From sequence record OQ174504.1: a stretch of 64,000 nucleotides of DNA; one strand, 5' to 3'. The notes under the pieces were generated by a model, which had not been told where the DNA came from, searched no databases, and saw nothing but the letters and a program-made list of their open reading frames with translations. Every line of letters begins with the position of its first letter. The first letter of the stretch is position 1. Positions 1 to 18,368 of this stretch are shown piece after piece. The position numbers were made by a program, and so were the translations under genes. This DNA is from Escherichia phage REP5.

Positions 1-1424
1 GCAAGCATATACCTTGAGTCAGCGGTAGATTGTGTATAATATCTAGCATCTAAGTTAGAGAAGTCAGAAGGTTGAACTTGACCAGTGATAGCAAAACTCT
101 TGTTAGCCACAATTACTGATGGTTCAAGGGCAATTTGAGTGCCAGAGTAGCTGTTGTTCCAAGTAACCACGTTGGAATTGTTTCCTCCTACACCAATCCA
201 CCATCTAGAGGTGTTTGCGGTGTCAACACCACGGATATACAAAGGCTGATTTTGTGTTAAATTCTTTACAATCAAACCTTCATTGTTAGCAACAATAGTT
301 TGTGTATTCGTGAAAGTATTAGACACATTAAGTTTAGGGAGATTACTCAAAGTTCCTGCTGGGATATATCTAGAATCGATATTAGTCCAATCAGACGGTT
401 GAACTTGACCAGTGATTTTTACAGGCTTGTTGAATGCAGCACCAGACGAGTTTAAGACAATAGAAGTGTCACCTTTGTAATCGTAAAATGTGATATTGTC
501 ATTTGCGTCACCTTTACCAATATACCACAGGTTATTATCTTCGATGTCTTTTGCTAGGATGAACAAAGATTCATTAACAGCTTTATTTTTTAGCACGATA
601 GCAGCAGCATTAGATTTCACACTGATATAGTTACTAAATGTGTTTGCACCACTAAAAGTGTTATTACCAGTTAACTGTGCAAATCTCTGATTAGCTACTG
701 TCTGAGTAAAGTATCTAGCATCTAAGTTAGAGAAGTCAGAAGGTTGAACCTGACCCATGACTCTTAGTGTCTTGTTAAATGACGCTGTTGCGTCAAGGGT
801 TAACATTGAGCCAGTGGTATGATTGTACAGATAAACATTAGTGTTGTTTGCATTTCCCTGTCCAACAGACCACGTTTGCTGGTTATTAGCATCTCTACCC
901 TGAATATATGAAGCTCCTGTGTTAGTTGCTTTCTTAAGAGTTAACTGCTCACCATCAACGACAATTGCTTGCCTAATGTTGAAGTTATTTGTTACAGTCA
1001 ACCTTGCATATCTTGCATCATTCTCTTCATTAGTTCTCAGCCCAAGTTCATTAGGGCTTGGCTTATTCAGAGTATGATAAACAGTTGCCGACCTTGAAGC
1101 ATCTGCAATAGTTAGTCTAAGGCCGTTTGCGTTGATTTTAAAAGTCTTTAAAACATCCCCAATAGTAATCTCAGAAGAGCCTGTTGGGTCAAAGACTGCC
1201 TTACCACCATAAAGTAACTTAACAATCCCTAAGTCACCAGCCATAGTGCTACCAGCAATCTGAACAAATCTTTCAAGTTTAAAAGATGCTAAGAAGTCTT
1301 GATAGGTCATTCGACGGTCTTCATCGCCAAGCATTTCAGGTCTCTTTTTAACCCTGACATGAAGAAGGTCATCTGAACGGATTGTATCGATTGAGTTTAA
1401 TTCACTCAACTTGTAATCTGCCAT
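1..1424 (-). CDS. tail fiber/tailspike-like protein, N-terminal part (start near 1424; continues past window start)
   Basis: Minus-strand ATG at ~1424 with upstream AGGAAA RBS-like motif; open to window edge; internal ~45-bp DNA repeats (42-91 vs 711-760); position beside tail fiber gene. Confidence 0.45.
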   Translation of the reverse strand, partial: MADYKLSELNSIDTIRSDDLLHVRVKKRPEMLGDEDRRMTYQDFLASFKLERFVQIAGSTMAGDLGIVKLLYGGKAVFDPTGSSEITIGDVLKTFKINANGLRLTIADASRSATVYHTLNKPSPNELGLRTNEENDARYARLTVTNNFNIRQAIVVDGEQLTLKKATNTGASYIQGRDANNQQTWSVGQGNANNTNVYLYNHTTGSMLTLDATASFNKTLRVMGQVQPSDFSNLDARYFTQTVANQRFAQLTGNNTFSGANTFSNYISVKSNAAAIVLKNKAVNESLFILAKDIEDNNLWYIGKGDANDNITFYDYKGDTSIVLNSSGAAFNKPVKITGQVQPSDWTNIDSRYIPAGTLSNLPKLNVSNTFTNTQTIVANNEGLIVKNLTQNQPLYIRGVDTANTSRWWIGVGGNNSNVVTWNNSYSGTQIALEPSVIVANKSFAITGQVQPSDFSNLDARYYTQSTADSRYML

Positions 1425-1470
1425 TATAAATTTTCCTCTTAAAAGGGGCTATCAAGCCCCTGTAAAGAAA

Positions 1471-2643
1471 TTAAGCTGTTCTCTGCCATACATACAGGAC
1501 GAAGGATGGCTGTTCAATATTAACTGCCTGACCTCCACCAACACTATTCGTATTACCACTATGTGTATGCTCAGAAGAAGAGACTGTCACAGTACCACTG
1601 TGTGTATGTGAACCAATACCGACTGTGTGGCTGTGAGCACCAATACCGACTGTGTGGCTGTGGTCACCGGATGCACCAGATGTAACACTAAAGCTATGTG
1701 AGTGTGCACCGTCACTAGATGTTCTTGATGTCCTTCTTGCACCGCCACCATCAGAGTCAGCTACAGCATTACCAGTACCATCATTCTCTCTAGGATACAC
1801 ATCATGGTTGTGAGTACCATTTGTGCTTGTGTTACCTGATACATTGTGTGTATGGTTGCCAGTTGTGTTAGTAGCTTTTGTTCCATAGTCAAAAGAGTTG
1901 GTAGTCTTAGTTCCATAGTCAAAAGCTGAGATTGACACAGTTGCATTATGAGTGTGGCCACCACCACTAAGTGATACAGAGTGGGAGTGTTGAGGCATAT
2001 TATTAACTGACAGAGTGACAGTTGAAGCACCAAATACAGAACCTGCTGGTCTTGCATCAGAGGCATAACCAACCAATGCCCTACCTTTTGAAACCAACTC
2101 CCAAGTACCTCCACAAATTAAATATGTAGAAGGATTTGCAGAGTTCATAGAAAGATGGATAGTACCTACTGGATAAGAAGCCTGAACAGCCTTGTACAAG
2201 TTATTTACTGCTCTTGCTGTAGCATACTTATCTGCATCTTCGTTATACAGGTTAGATGTTGTCCAGTTCTGAACATTACTCAAACCAACCTGTGCCTTAG
2301 TTGTATTGTGCGGATTACTCTTATCATTAATATGCTGTTGAACAAGGCTATTAACCTCTTCGGAAGACATAATCTGTAGATTTGCTCTTGCCTCAGCTAC
2401 ATTAACAATATCTGATAAGTTATTTGCAGCAACTAACTGAAGAGCGTTAATAACATTATCTAAACCAATTTGTGTTTTAGTAACACCATGAGGGTTATTT
2501 CTCAGGCTTGAGTGTGGAGCAAGTAATTGCTCAAGAGTGCATCTCTTATCCTCAATACCCTGCTTAAGATGGAAGATATCACTAAGGTCAATTGGTAAGG
2601 CTGCTTGAGGCAAGGCACTAATTTGAATTTCACCTACCGCCAT
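1471..2643 (-). CDS. tail fiber protein with collar-like domain and His-rich HxH repeats
   Basis: 390-aa ORF; duplicated NPHGxTKxQxGLxNV motif; collar-like segment IHLSMNSANPSTYLICGGTWELVSKGRALVG; C-terminal HSHS/HTHN/HSHT repeats. Confidence 0.65.
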   Translation of the reverse strand: MAVGEIQISALPQAALPIDLSDIFHLKQGIEDKRCTLEQLLAPHSSLRNNPHGVTKTQIGLDNVINALQLVAANNLSDIVNVAEARANLQIMSSEEVNSLVQQHINDKSNPHNTTKAQVGLSNVQNWTTSNLYNEDADKYATARAVNNLYKAVQASYPVGTIHLSMNSANPSTYLICGGTWELVSKGRALVGYASDARPAGSVFGASTVTLSVNNMPQHSHSVSLSGGGHTHNATVSISAFDYGTKTTNSFDYGTKATNTTGNHTHNVSGNTSTNGTHNHDVYPRENDGTGNAVADSDGGGARRTSRTSSDGAHSHSFSVTSGASGDHSHTVGIGAHSHTVGIGSHTHSGTVTVSSSEHTHSGNTNSVGGGQAVNIEQPSFVLYVWQRTA

Positions 2644-2645
2644 TA

Positions 2646-10688
<8,043 letters not shown>

Positions 10689-10689
<1 letters not shown>

Positions 10690-10928
10690 TACATTTTTCC
10701 TGCTCTTCTAAGTTCGTTGTAAGCAATTTCCTCTTTATACGACCTCTGAATTTCAAGAAATTGTCTCAATGATAATAAATCAGAGAATGTCATAGCAAAG
10801 AGTTGGTCAAGTGTTTCTTTACACCCTTCCATACCATAAATAGCAAGCACAAATTTCATCTCGTCTGCTTCTTCATAGGTTGCCTCTACAGCAGCATCAG
10901 TCAGTGGTGTCTGTAGAGTGTTACCCAT
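10689..10928 (-). CDS. tail assembly chaperone, frameshift extension (GT-like)
   Basis: 79-aa ORF in -1 frame relative to upstream chaperone ORF; reachable by slip at TTTTTTC. Confidence 0.45.
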
Positions 10929-10930
10929 AT

Positions 10931-11329
10931 TTACTGAGAAGTTAGGCTTTTGAAAATGCTTGCTTCGAAAAAACTTCCGAAGTTTGCCTCCAGCGCAAAT
11001 GCTAAGTAATCAATAAATTCACCATAGTTTGCTTGGAAGTATGTATCAATATTAAGTGGGAAGTCATCAACAGTTGCCCCTTGAAATAACAGGGTAGCCA
11101 TTTCTTCAAGGTTAATTTCTTCAATTCTGTCAAAACAAGCTTCAACAAGTTCTTTAAATGGAACCATTGGAACTTCTTTCTTACCCTTGTCAGTCAGACT
11201 TGACAGCATCTGTGCAAAAGTTGGAACAACAATTTTACCCAACTTCATAGACATCTTAATACCATCTCTTGCCCCAAGCAGAACGATATTTACTTTCTTA
11301 CCATTAATTACTCTAGATTCTGTTTTCAT
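10931..11329 (-). CDS. tail assembly chaperone (G-like)
   Basis: 132-aa ORF between tube and tape measure; in-frame slippery heptamer near 3' end. Confidence 0.5.
   Translation of the reverse strand: MKTESRVINGKKVNIVLLGARDGIKMSMKLGKIVVPTFAQMLSSLTDKGKKEVPMVPFKELVEACFDRIEEINLEEMATLLFQGATVDDFPLNIDTYFQANYGEFIDYLAFALEANFGSFFEASIFKSLTSQ
10967..10973 (-). other. -1 programmed ribosomal frameshift slippery site (T_TTT_TTC)
   Basis: Minus-strand heptamer TTTTTTC in 0-frame codons agt-ttt-ttc; the -1 frame is open through to the downstream MGNTLQ ORF. Confidence 0.45.
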
Positions 11330-11340
11330 TGTGATTCCTT

Positions 11341-11380
11341 AATACTTTTAAAAGAAACAAAAAAGGGGAAGACCTTTTAA
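11341..11380 (-). terminator. rho-independent terminator after tail tube gene
   Basis: Minus-strand hairpin GGGGAGAC/GTCTTCCCC followed by TTTTTGTTTCTTTT. Confidence 0.55.
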
Positions 11381-11402
11381 AGTCTCCCCCTTATAGGATT
11401 TA

Positions 11403-11849
11403 TTAAACACTTGACGCTGGAATTGTAGAAGTATAGTCTAGCTTCTCACAACCAAAAATCCAAGTTTTAGAGTTCTGGTCACGACCAAGTTCAATCTGTG
11501 GTAACTCCTGCAACCAAGCATTAATACCAGTTGCCAGAACAGAGCCTGATGGGTCGTAGATTACGAAGTTAGAAGAGATATCTTCTTCAAGTTCCATATT
11601 GTCTTGTTTAGCTTGAATTGCAGAAAGCATCTGGTTAGAGAGAGAAGTCTGCATTAGCTCAATCTCAATAGTACCTGTCTTGTCTGCATTTCTTGTCAGA
11701 GCAACTTGACCACCTGCACCAACAACTGGTGTGATAAGTGGTGATGTTCTCTGTAGACGTAAGAATGAGTCTGGAGCAAAGCCTTCAATAGCAATGCCAT
11801 TCCAGCTACATACAACGTCTTTAGGGGAATATTGCTGATACATAGCCAT
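11403..11849 (-). CDS. tail tube protein
   Basis: 148-aa ORF directly downstream of sheath gene. Confidence 0.55.
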   Translation of the reverse strand: MAMYQQYSPKDVVCSWNGIAIEGFAPDSFLRLQRTSPLITPVVGAGGQVALTRNADKTGTIEIELMQTSLSNQMLSAIQAKQDNMELEEDISSNFVIYDPSGSVLATGINAWLQELPQIELGRDQNSKTWIFGCEKLDYTSTIPASSV

Positions 11850-11864
11850 TCCAATTTACCTCTA

Positions 11865-13217
11865 TTATTCGTAAGCCACTGTACCTTTCAAGTCAACATC
11901 CAAGATAGCCCCTGCTAAGATACCTGCGAAGGTAACGTCTTTCAGGATACGTGCTTTCTTGTCTGCTAAAGCAACTTGAGAGGCTTTAGGAACATTAACT
12001 GTGTAAGATGACAGGAAGTTTCTGTTGACTGCTCTTTGCAGAGAGGTTTCAATGACTTGACGAATACGAGTAATACCAGTATCATCATAAGTAATCTTAC
12101 CACCCTTCTGGTTAATTAGCAAGTCTCTCAGAGAAGTTTTCAGGTCTGATTCTAACCAGTCAACGCCACGGACGATATCAATCCATTCCCCACCAGAAGT
12201 AATCCCTCTACGAACCACTGGAACACCACCATCAAGGTCAATAAAGTTACAGTGACGTACATCTAAAGCAGACTTCTGAATACTTGTCAGAGGTCTCTGA
12301 TTAGATGGTTGTAGAGAAGCTGCTACACCAGTTAGCTGAGCATTACCCCAAGCAATTGAACCTGCATCATATGGAGCGCCATAAGCAATGTATGCCATCT
12401 CTGGATAGTCTTCTGCTGCTGCGTGATGCCACAAGCAAACTGTGCGAGTATACATACCCTTAGCAAGCTGTGCTGGAACATCATTTGCACCGGCTAATTC
12501 TGTGCCTTGTAGTGCTGTTACATCAGAGTTAGCAGTGAAGAAGATTTTCTTACGAGCCTGAATCTCAGAAGCCATTGCTAAGACAAACTGTTGAGTTCTG
12601 TCTTCTGCTGCAATGAAATACCAGTCAGTAGAATAAGCTTCAATGGCTGCCAGAGCAGTTGCTGCTGTATCGGCAGTTGTACTTGCAATATACACAGTCT
12701 GTGCTGTAGTTGTTACTTTCACAAAGTCATTATCACCAGCTTTGGTAATAATCATTGTGGCAGAAGCACCACTACCAGTTACGTTCACAGAAACCTTATC
12801 TTTGATTGTTGGGTCAGCTTCAATCTGTGTTTTAAACTGTTGCAACACTGTCTCAGCAGTGTCTGAGCTTTTTGCTGTGTACTGGTATGGTTGAGAGATT
12901 CCACCGCCAGCAGCTACAGTAATCGAGTAGTCTGTACTTTCGGTAACGGCATCAGGAATTGATACAGTGTACTGCATAGCACGTCTACCAATATAAAGCT
13001 GAGTTACTTTAGGAGTCTGACTCCAAAGTTGTTTAGCAGCCTTATATGCAGCAGTATTCTCATCGAAATCTTCAGCAACTTCAGTTAAGGAAGTGTAGCC
13101 ACGTACTCTTTCTTCAAAGTTATCTGTTGAAGCTAAGAATAGTGGTAAACCAAAACCTTCTCTTGTAGTTCCTGCGGTGTTCAATGTAATATCTACATTA
13201 ACAATTGGATTCCACAT
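11865..13217 (-). CDS. tail sheath protein
   Basis: 450-aa ORF upstream of tube; size and order typical of contractile tails. Confidence 0.6.
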   Translation of the reverse strand: MWNPIVNVDITLNTAGTTREGFGLPLFLASTDNFEERVRGYTSLTEVAEDFDENTAAYKAAKQLWSQTPKVTQLYIGRRAMQYTVSIPDAVTESTDYSITVAAGGGISQPYQYTAKSSDTAETVLQQFKTQIEADPTIKDKVSVNVTGSGASATMIITKAGDNDFVKVTTTAQTVYIASTTADTAATALAAIEAYSTDWYFIAAEDRTQQFVLAMASEIQARKKIFFTANSDVTALQGTELAGANDVPAQLAKGMYTRTVCLWHHAAAEDYPEMAYIAYGAPYDAGSIAWGNAQLTGVAASLQPSNQRPLTSIQKSALDVRHCNFIDLDGGVPVVRRGITSGGEWIDIVRGVDWLESDLKTSLRDLLINQKGGKITYDDTGITRIRQVIETSLQRAVNRNFLSSYTVNVPKASQVALADKKARILKDVTFAGILAGAILDVDLKGTVAYE

Positions 13218-13817
13218 TTATTTTACCCCTTTGGAGTCTACATCTAGATGGATAATATATTCTGGTGGCTCTTGTCCTTCTTCATAAACTAACTCACCAT
13301 CAACAATGACACGCTCGATAATACTTCCACGTTCATCTTTCAGGACTGAGTTTTTTACAAGAGTTACAACAAGAGGTGCAGAATTTTCGAAATCTGTATT
13401 GAGATAAGTGTAATCATTAGGGATTGCTCCAGTGTCTAATACTGTAGCTCCTGTTTCTTCAAGGATTAAATCTCTGACTGAACTCATCTCTAATCGTTGT
13501 TTAAGCTCAAGCATAATACTGTGAGCACCTTTACCATTCACCGTAATTAATACTGGAATCTGAAAAGCAATTCTGTAGCAAACTACATCATCCTCAACAA
13601 ACTTATCAAGAACCCAACCATAAGGTGTTGCGGCATCTTGACAATATACGGTAATAAATGGCTGGTCAGGTTTTAAACCTTTGTCATTTGAGTTATCAGA
13701 AGGGTAAGCTCTAATTACGTTTGGTCTATTATTCTTATCACGAGCTAGTCTGTGACCAATAACATCCACTAAGGTTCTAACTAGACCTTTTTCAAGTTCT
13801 GCTGTTTCTAACTGCAT
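13218..13817 (-). CDS. neck/tail completion protein
   Basis: 199-aa ORF between head and tail modules. Confidence 0.35.
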   Translation of the reverse strand: MQLETAELEKGLVRTLVDVIGHRLARDKNNRPNVIRAYPSDNSNDKGLKPDQPFITVYCQDAATPYGWVLDKFVEDDVVCYRIAFQIPVLITVNGKGAHSIMLELKQRLEMSSVRDLILEETGATVLDTGAIPNDYTYLNTDFENSAPLVVTLVKNSVLKDERGSIIERVIVDGELVYEEGQEPPEYIIHLDVDSKGVK

Positions 13818-14193
13818 TCATTTTATCCCTTCTAATAATGATATATTCATAATGGGACGTATGGGCTAATTGCTGTGACCAATCCATAGTCATAAATACT
13901 TCATACTCATGACCATCAATCATAACAATATCAGACTCATTCCACTCTACATCATCTGAAGTTCTAAGTTTATATGTAGTATACAGGATTCTTGTATCGG
14001 TTAGCCTAATACCTTCCGGTAAAGCAATCTGTGTACCATTCTTTACAGAACCTTTGATATATGGCTGGATATTACCTTTACAGTTAACCTCCACAATATC
14101 TTGTGAAGCTACCCAATCACCATCATCGTTATAATAACCGTCTTCAGAGACTTTACGCTTTACTACAAAGCTGTGTCTGTTTAAGAGTCTCAT
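13792..14193 (-). CDS. neck/head-tail joining protein
   Basis: 133-aa ORF. Confidence 0.35.
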   Translation of the reverse strand: MRLLNRHSFVVKRKVSEDGYYNDDGDWVASQDIVEVNCKGNIQPYIKGSVKNGTQIALPEGIRLTDTRILYTTYKLRTSDDVEWNESDIVMIDGHEYEVFMTMDWSQQLAHTSHYEYIIIRRDKMNAVRNSRT

Positions 14194-14672
14194 TTCTTAA
14201 TACCCTTCTTAGTAGAAATTTTATAAGCAAGGTTATCTCTTAAGTCACCTGTCTCAACAAGAGGTGCGTTAAAGCCTTTTTTCTTGACTGTGGAAGGTGC
14301 GTTAGGAGGGAGGATAGCAGAATTACCAAAACCTCTTTTAATTGCCTTTTGAGCATTCTTTGCAAATGCTTCTAAGGTATTTGAAGGGTCTGTGTTGAGA
14401 CTGCTAAGTTGCTTATATAGATTCTTCTTAGTCTGCTCTAACAAGGTCTGTTTGTTTAGCATCATAGTGATTTCAAACAACCTACGATATACTTTACCAG
14501 AAGCTGAAGGGACTCCAATAACTTCTTGTAAATACATTAAAGCAGGATAAGAAAAACCAGAGCTATGTTGACCTTGTTCTTGAAAATACCCAACTTGAGC
14601 ATTAGCCGTTTGCAAGTTCTTCATAGCCCCGACTAATTTTGCTCTCGCGGGGTGAATAACCCTTTCAACCAT
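14190..14672 (-). CDS. head completion/neck protein
   Basis: 160-aa ORF. Confidence 0.35.
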   Translation of the reverse strand: MVERVIHPARAKLVGAMKNLQTANAQVGYFQEQGQHSSGFSYPALMYLQEVIGVPSASGKVYRRLFEITMMLNKQTLLEQTKKNLYKQLSSLNTDPSNTLEAFAKNAQKAIKRGFGNSAILPPNAPSTVKKKGFNAPLVETGDLRDNLAYKISTKKGIKK

Positions 14673-15121
14673 TATTCATCTCGCTCGATAATAAATACGC
14701 CATTAACACGGTTGCAGTAATCTCTGCCTTCGTATCTGGCAGCATCACCATATTCTGTGTATTTCTTGACAGAGCAAGGATTATGACGACGCATGTCAAT
14801 ATCACACTGATTAATACCACCTGCATAGGGTAGTCCTGAAACAGAGCTTTTAACAAGGTCGTCATAAACAGCTTTCAGAGACTTGAATCTGGAAGAGTTA
14901 CGTAAATAAACACCACCAACCTTCTCATCTCCCATCTTGGCTACTTGAAAGAGTAAATATTTAAGAGCTTTGATGGCTGCTTTCTTTTCATCCTTTCCAG
15001 ATTCTAGATAGAACCACTCTAGCACAGACTGTTCAATAAGAATTTCATCATTATTGGTGTCTGTGCAGAGGATTCTTACTCTATCAAGAGGGTTATTGGC
15101 TGGGTCGCCTGTATAACACAT
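14672..15121 (-). CDS. head-tail connector/adaptor protein
   Basis: 149-aa ORF directly downstream of capsid gene. Confidence 0.35.
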   Translation of the reverse strand: MCYTGDPANNPLDRVRILCTDTNNDEILIEQSVLEWFYLESGKDEKKAAIKALKYLLFQVAKMGDEKVGGVYLRNSSRFKSLKAVYDDLVKSSVSGLPYAGGINQCDIDMRRHNPCSVKKYTEYGDAARYEGRDYCNRVNGVFIIERDE

Positions 15122-15142
15122 TCATAACCCTCCTTAAGAATA

Positions 15143-16255
15143 TTATTCGCCTTTAGCGTCAGAACGAACGTCTACCAGCAACTGAGGACGAGTACAGTAT
15201 GGCAGCATGTAAGAGTGAGCTTCAAAGTCGATACCTTCGTCACGGTCTTTTTCGTATTCGAATACGTATAGCTCCTGACCAAGTGTATTTGCATAACCCA
15301 TCTTAGGACATGGGCCATATGCTACTTCGAAGATGTTGTTTGCTTCACCCAGCATAGAAACGTTAGGGAAAGCATGACCTACACCTACAGTTCCATCCTG
15401 AGTAACACCATCAATGCTCACCAGAGTGTGAACCTTACCACGCTTGTCTTTGAATTTACCGTTGTACTGGACAAACTTAACACCACCGTAGTAGAAGGTG
15501 TTCATATGAGCCTGAACGCCGTCAGTACCACCAGTTCTCAGAGAACCAGTAATCTGCTGCCAAGCCAGTGGAGTCTGCTGTGCAAGATAAGCGTCACGAA
15601 TCTTAGGATGCTTAACCAGTTTGCTGAAGAATACACGGTCAACAACTACGTGAATTTCTTCACCGTTGATTACAGTGCCAGTCTTAGCTTCGTCTTCCAT
15701 GTGCATACGCAGTTCTTCAATAGAAGCGTCAATGTCAGCATTAGGGTTGTCAAGGTCGAAGTGAATAGTCTTCTTCTCAACGTCGAACTGCTTGTACAGG
15801 TCAGCGTACAGAGTACCACGAGCATCAACAACTTTACCCTTCAGAGCTTGCATAAACAGGAACTCACGAGTAATATCGAACTTGGTACGAATCTTCATCA
15901 GCTTCTTAGCACGTACTACAGCTTCAGTAGTCAGTTCATTTGCAGTGCCTGGCTGACGTACACCCTGAATCTCATCAGGAGTAATGCTTTCAACTTCTTT
16001 GAAGTACATCATTGGGAAGCTGATTTGACGAACACGCTCAGGTGCGCTAGTCTCTGCTTTACGGCTATCGCGGTCTACCGCATCAAGCAAGCTAACATCC
16101 CAATCCGTCAAGTCCATAAGGAAAGTAGTTTGGGTGATTGGTGCTGAACGGAACAGACCTAAGTTGGAAATATACCCATAAGTATTTGGGATAGACTGGA
16201 CTTCACCAGTCAGGTCAGCAAGGAAAAATCTGCTTTTTTCAGAATTAGTCAACAT
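15143..16255 (-). CDS. major capsid protein
   Basis: 370-aa ORF after protease; strong RBS; non-AT-rich codon usage suggesting high expression. Confidence 0.8.
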   Translation of the reverse strand: MLTNSEKSRFFLADLTGEVQSIPNTYGYISNLGLFRSAPITQTTFLMDLTDWDVSLLDAVDRDSRKAETSAPERVRQISFPMMYFKEVESITPDEIQGVRQPGTANELTTEAVVRAKKLMKIRTKFDITREFLFMQALKGKVVDARGTLYADLYKQFDVEKKTIHFDLDNPNADIDASIEELRMHMEDEAKTGTVINGEEIHVVVDRVFFSKLVKHPKIRDAYLAQQTPLAWQQITGSLRTGGTDGVQAHMNTFYYGGVKFVQYNGKFKDKRGKVHTLVSIDGVTQDGTVGVGHAFPNVSMLGEANNIFEVAYGPCPKMGYANTLGQELYVFEYEKDRDEGIDFEAHSYMLPYCTRPQLLVDVRSDAKGE

Positions 16256-16288
16256 TGTAAAATTCTCCAGAATGTCTTATTATTGTTA

Positions 16289-16666
16289 TTACAGGCCAGT
16301 TGGTACGAAATCAATACCTTTAGCAGCCAGAGCTGCCTTGACGCTCTCGGCATTAACACCAGACTCAAGAGTAAGCATGTCTTTCAGTTCTGCGTCGCGG
16401 TAAATACCAACAACTTTCAACTGACCATGATAAGATAGTTGTGAGTCTGCGTAGAAGTTAACGATACATACAGAATCAGCCTGAGCTTCTTGCCCTGCTG
16501 TAACCTTAGTACCATCTGCTTTCAGAACTTCACCTACACGGTATTCTGTTGAAGCAACTGGAGTGTACTCTTTACGAGAGTGGCCTGTTGGGGTAACCTG
16601 TTCCCAAAGAATGATATCATTCAGAGGTTCTCTTTTACCTAACTTAGTAAAACCTTGATATGCCAT
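16289..16666 (-). CDS. head decoration/scaffold-associated protein
   Basis: 125-aa ORF between protease and capsid genes. Confidence 0.4.
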   Translation of the reverse strand: MAYQGFTKLGKREPLNDIILWEQVTPTGHSRKEYTPVASTEYRVGEVLKADGTKVTAGQEAQADSVCIVNFYADSQLSYHGQLKVVGIYRDAELKDMLTLESGVNAESVKAALAAKGIDFVPTGL

Positions 16667-16677
16667 TATTGTGTTCC

Positions 16678-18024
16678 TTATTTGATAAGAGATTTTAGAG
16701 CATTCTGGAGAGCCAGTTTGCGTTGTTCAGCGGTGTCTTCGGAAGCATTCTTAGCTGGTTCTTTTTCTTCTTCAACCAAATCAGCTTCGCCGTCATTACC
16801 CACTTCTTCCATAGCGTTGGAATGTTCAAGAACAGCACCAGCAGTTTCTTTCAGCTTGGTAATTTCTGATTCTTTTTCTTCCATTGCAGAAGCATGGGAT
16901 GCGATAGTTTCATTAAGTTTCTGGTTAGCACCTTCCATAGCATTCATAAACAGAACACTCAGAGGGTTATCAAGACCAGCACCTAAAATAGTCGTTGCAG
17001 CTTCTTTTGCATCAAATCCAAAAGCTTCAGCAGAAGCAGAAATCTTATTAGTCAAATCTGACAAAGCAGCTTCCTGTTCTTTAGCTTTCATTTGAGCAAC
17101 CTGAAGACGCAAAGCTTCTAGTTCTTGCTTTTCTTGTTCAGTCATTTCTTCACCTGAATTGTTAACGTTTAAACTTACAGGAGCCTCTTCAGAACCTTGT
17201 AAGTAATTTAAGAAATCATCTTGAGACATGATTGAGTTAATTAAACCAAGTTCAAGAGCTTCCTGAGCAGAATAAACATTCGCCTCAGTATTCTTTACAG
17301 CTTCTTCAGAGAGATTACGAGATTCAGCCACAAAACCTGTAAAGGTTGCATAGGTATCATTAATTCTCTTTTGAAGTCTTTCTTTGCTTTCTTCTGAGAG
17401 TGCTTGGAATGGTGAACCCATACCTTTAAACTCACCAGCTTTAATGACGTTAATTGTTACGCCATTCTTTTCAAATGCCTTAGTTAATTCCTGATGAACC
17501 ATAATTACACCAATAGAACCAACATCTGCATCTGGTGATGTAATAATTTCTTCAGCAGAAGATGCAAGAGCGTATGCAGCGGAACAAGCGAACTCATCTA
17601 CATAAGCAATAATTTTCTTTTGGCCTCTTGAAGCCATAATGTGACGTGCTAATTCAAAGCAACCTGAAGCTTCACCACCACCAGAATCGATGTGCAGAAC
17701 AATAGTCTTGATTGACTCATCTGCTAAAGCTTCGTCAAAGCCTCTACGCAAACCTTCATAAGAGCTTAATCCACCTGTACACATTGCATCAATGAACGTC
17801 ATACGATGAGTTAAACCACCCATAATAGGGATAATAGCAATGTCATCTTTTACTTTTAAAAGACTTCTTGCGTCACCTTTGGGTTTATCAAAGTTTACTG
17901 CTGCTTGGACATCACCCAGCAATCTGTTATTCACATAAGTTGCTGCTGAGTGAGCTAATGATTCAGTGGCTAGTAAAGGTTGGTTGAATAATCTATCAGC
18001 AAGTCTGAAGATATTCGAACTCAT
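16678..18024 (-). CDS. prohead protease (S49/SppA-like) with scaffold-like C-terminus
   Basis: 448-aa ORF; S49-like segments IVLHIDSGGGEASG and DEFACSAAYALAS; acidic coiled-coil C-terminal half. Confidence 0.7.
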   Translation of the reverse strand: MSSNIFRLADRLFNQPLLATESLAHSAATYVNNRLLGDVQAAVNFDKPKGDARSLLKVKDDIAIIPIMGGLTHRMTFIDAMCTGGLSSYEGLRRGFDEALADESIKTIVLHIDSGGGEASGCFELARHIMASRGQKKIIAYVDEFACSAAYALASSAEEIITSPDADVGSIGVIMVHQELTKAFEKNGVTINVIKAGEFKGMGSPFQALSEESKERLQKRINDTYATFTGFVAESRNLSEEAVKNTEANVYSAQEALELGLINSIMSQDDFLNYLQGSEEAPVSLNVNNSGEEMTEQEKQELEALRLQVAQMKAKEQEAALSDLTNKISASAEAFGFDAKEAATTILGAGLDNPLSVLFMNAMEGANQKLNETIASHASAMEEKESEITKLKETAGAVLEHSNAMEEVGNDGEADLVEEEKEPAKNASEDTAEQRKLALQNALKSLIK

Positions 18025-18035
18025 TTTTACTCACC

Positions 18036-18368
18036 CTATTTGTTTAAATCTACAGAGACTGAAGAGATAACATAGATACCTTCTTCAGCAAAGAATTGAG
18101 GTTTGCTAAGAGCACCAGTTGCCACGCATTTATCGTTAGCATCCCACAAGCTATAGTGTGAGACCGTTGCAGAAGCTGGGACAGTAATGTTAACTGTATC
18201 TTCTGAGGCGATTAAGCCATTATCCGGTTCAGAAAAATAAATAGCCACTGGCTGAGTAACCTTATTTGCTGTAGGGTCTGCCGTTGGGTCTACATTGTGT
18301 AAAATAATAGTCGTTGGGGTTAGCGTGGCGAGGATTTTATTCTTACCATCAATAGTTAATGTTCCCAT
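18036..18368 (-). CDS. head-associated protein
   Basis: 110-aa ORF. Confidence 0.35.
   Translation of the reverse strand: MGTLTIDGKNKILATLTPTTIILHNVDPTADPTANKVTQPVAIYFSEPDNGLIASEDTVNITVPASATVSHYSLWDANDKCVATGALSKPQFFAEEGIYVISSVSVDLNK

Noticed and set aside
15374-16147. 257-aa plus-strand ORF antisense to the major capsid gene
   Set aside because: Entirely nested antisense within a high-confidence structural gene, with no RBS; typical shadow ORF.
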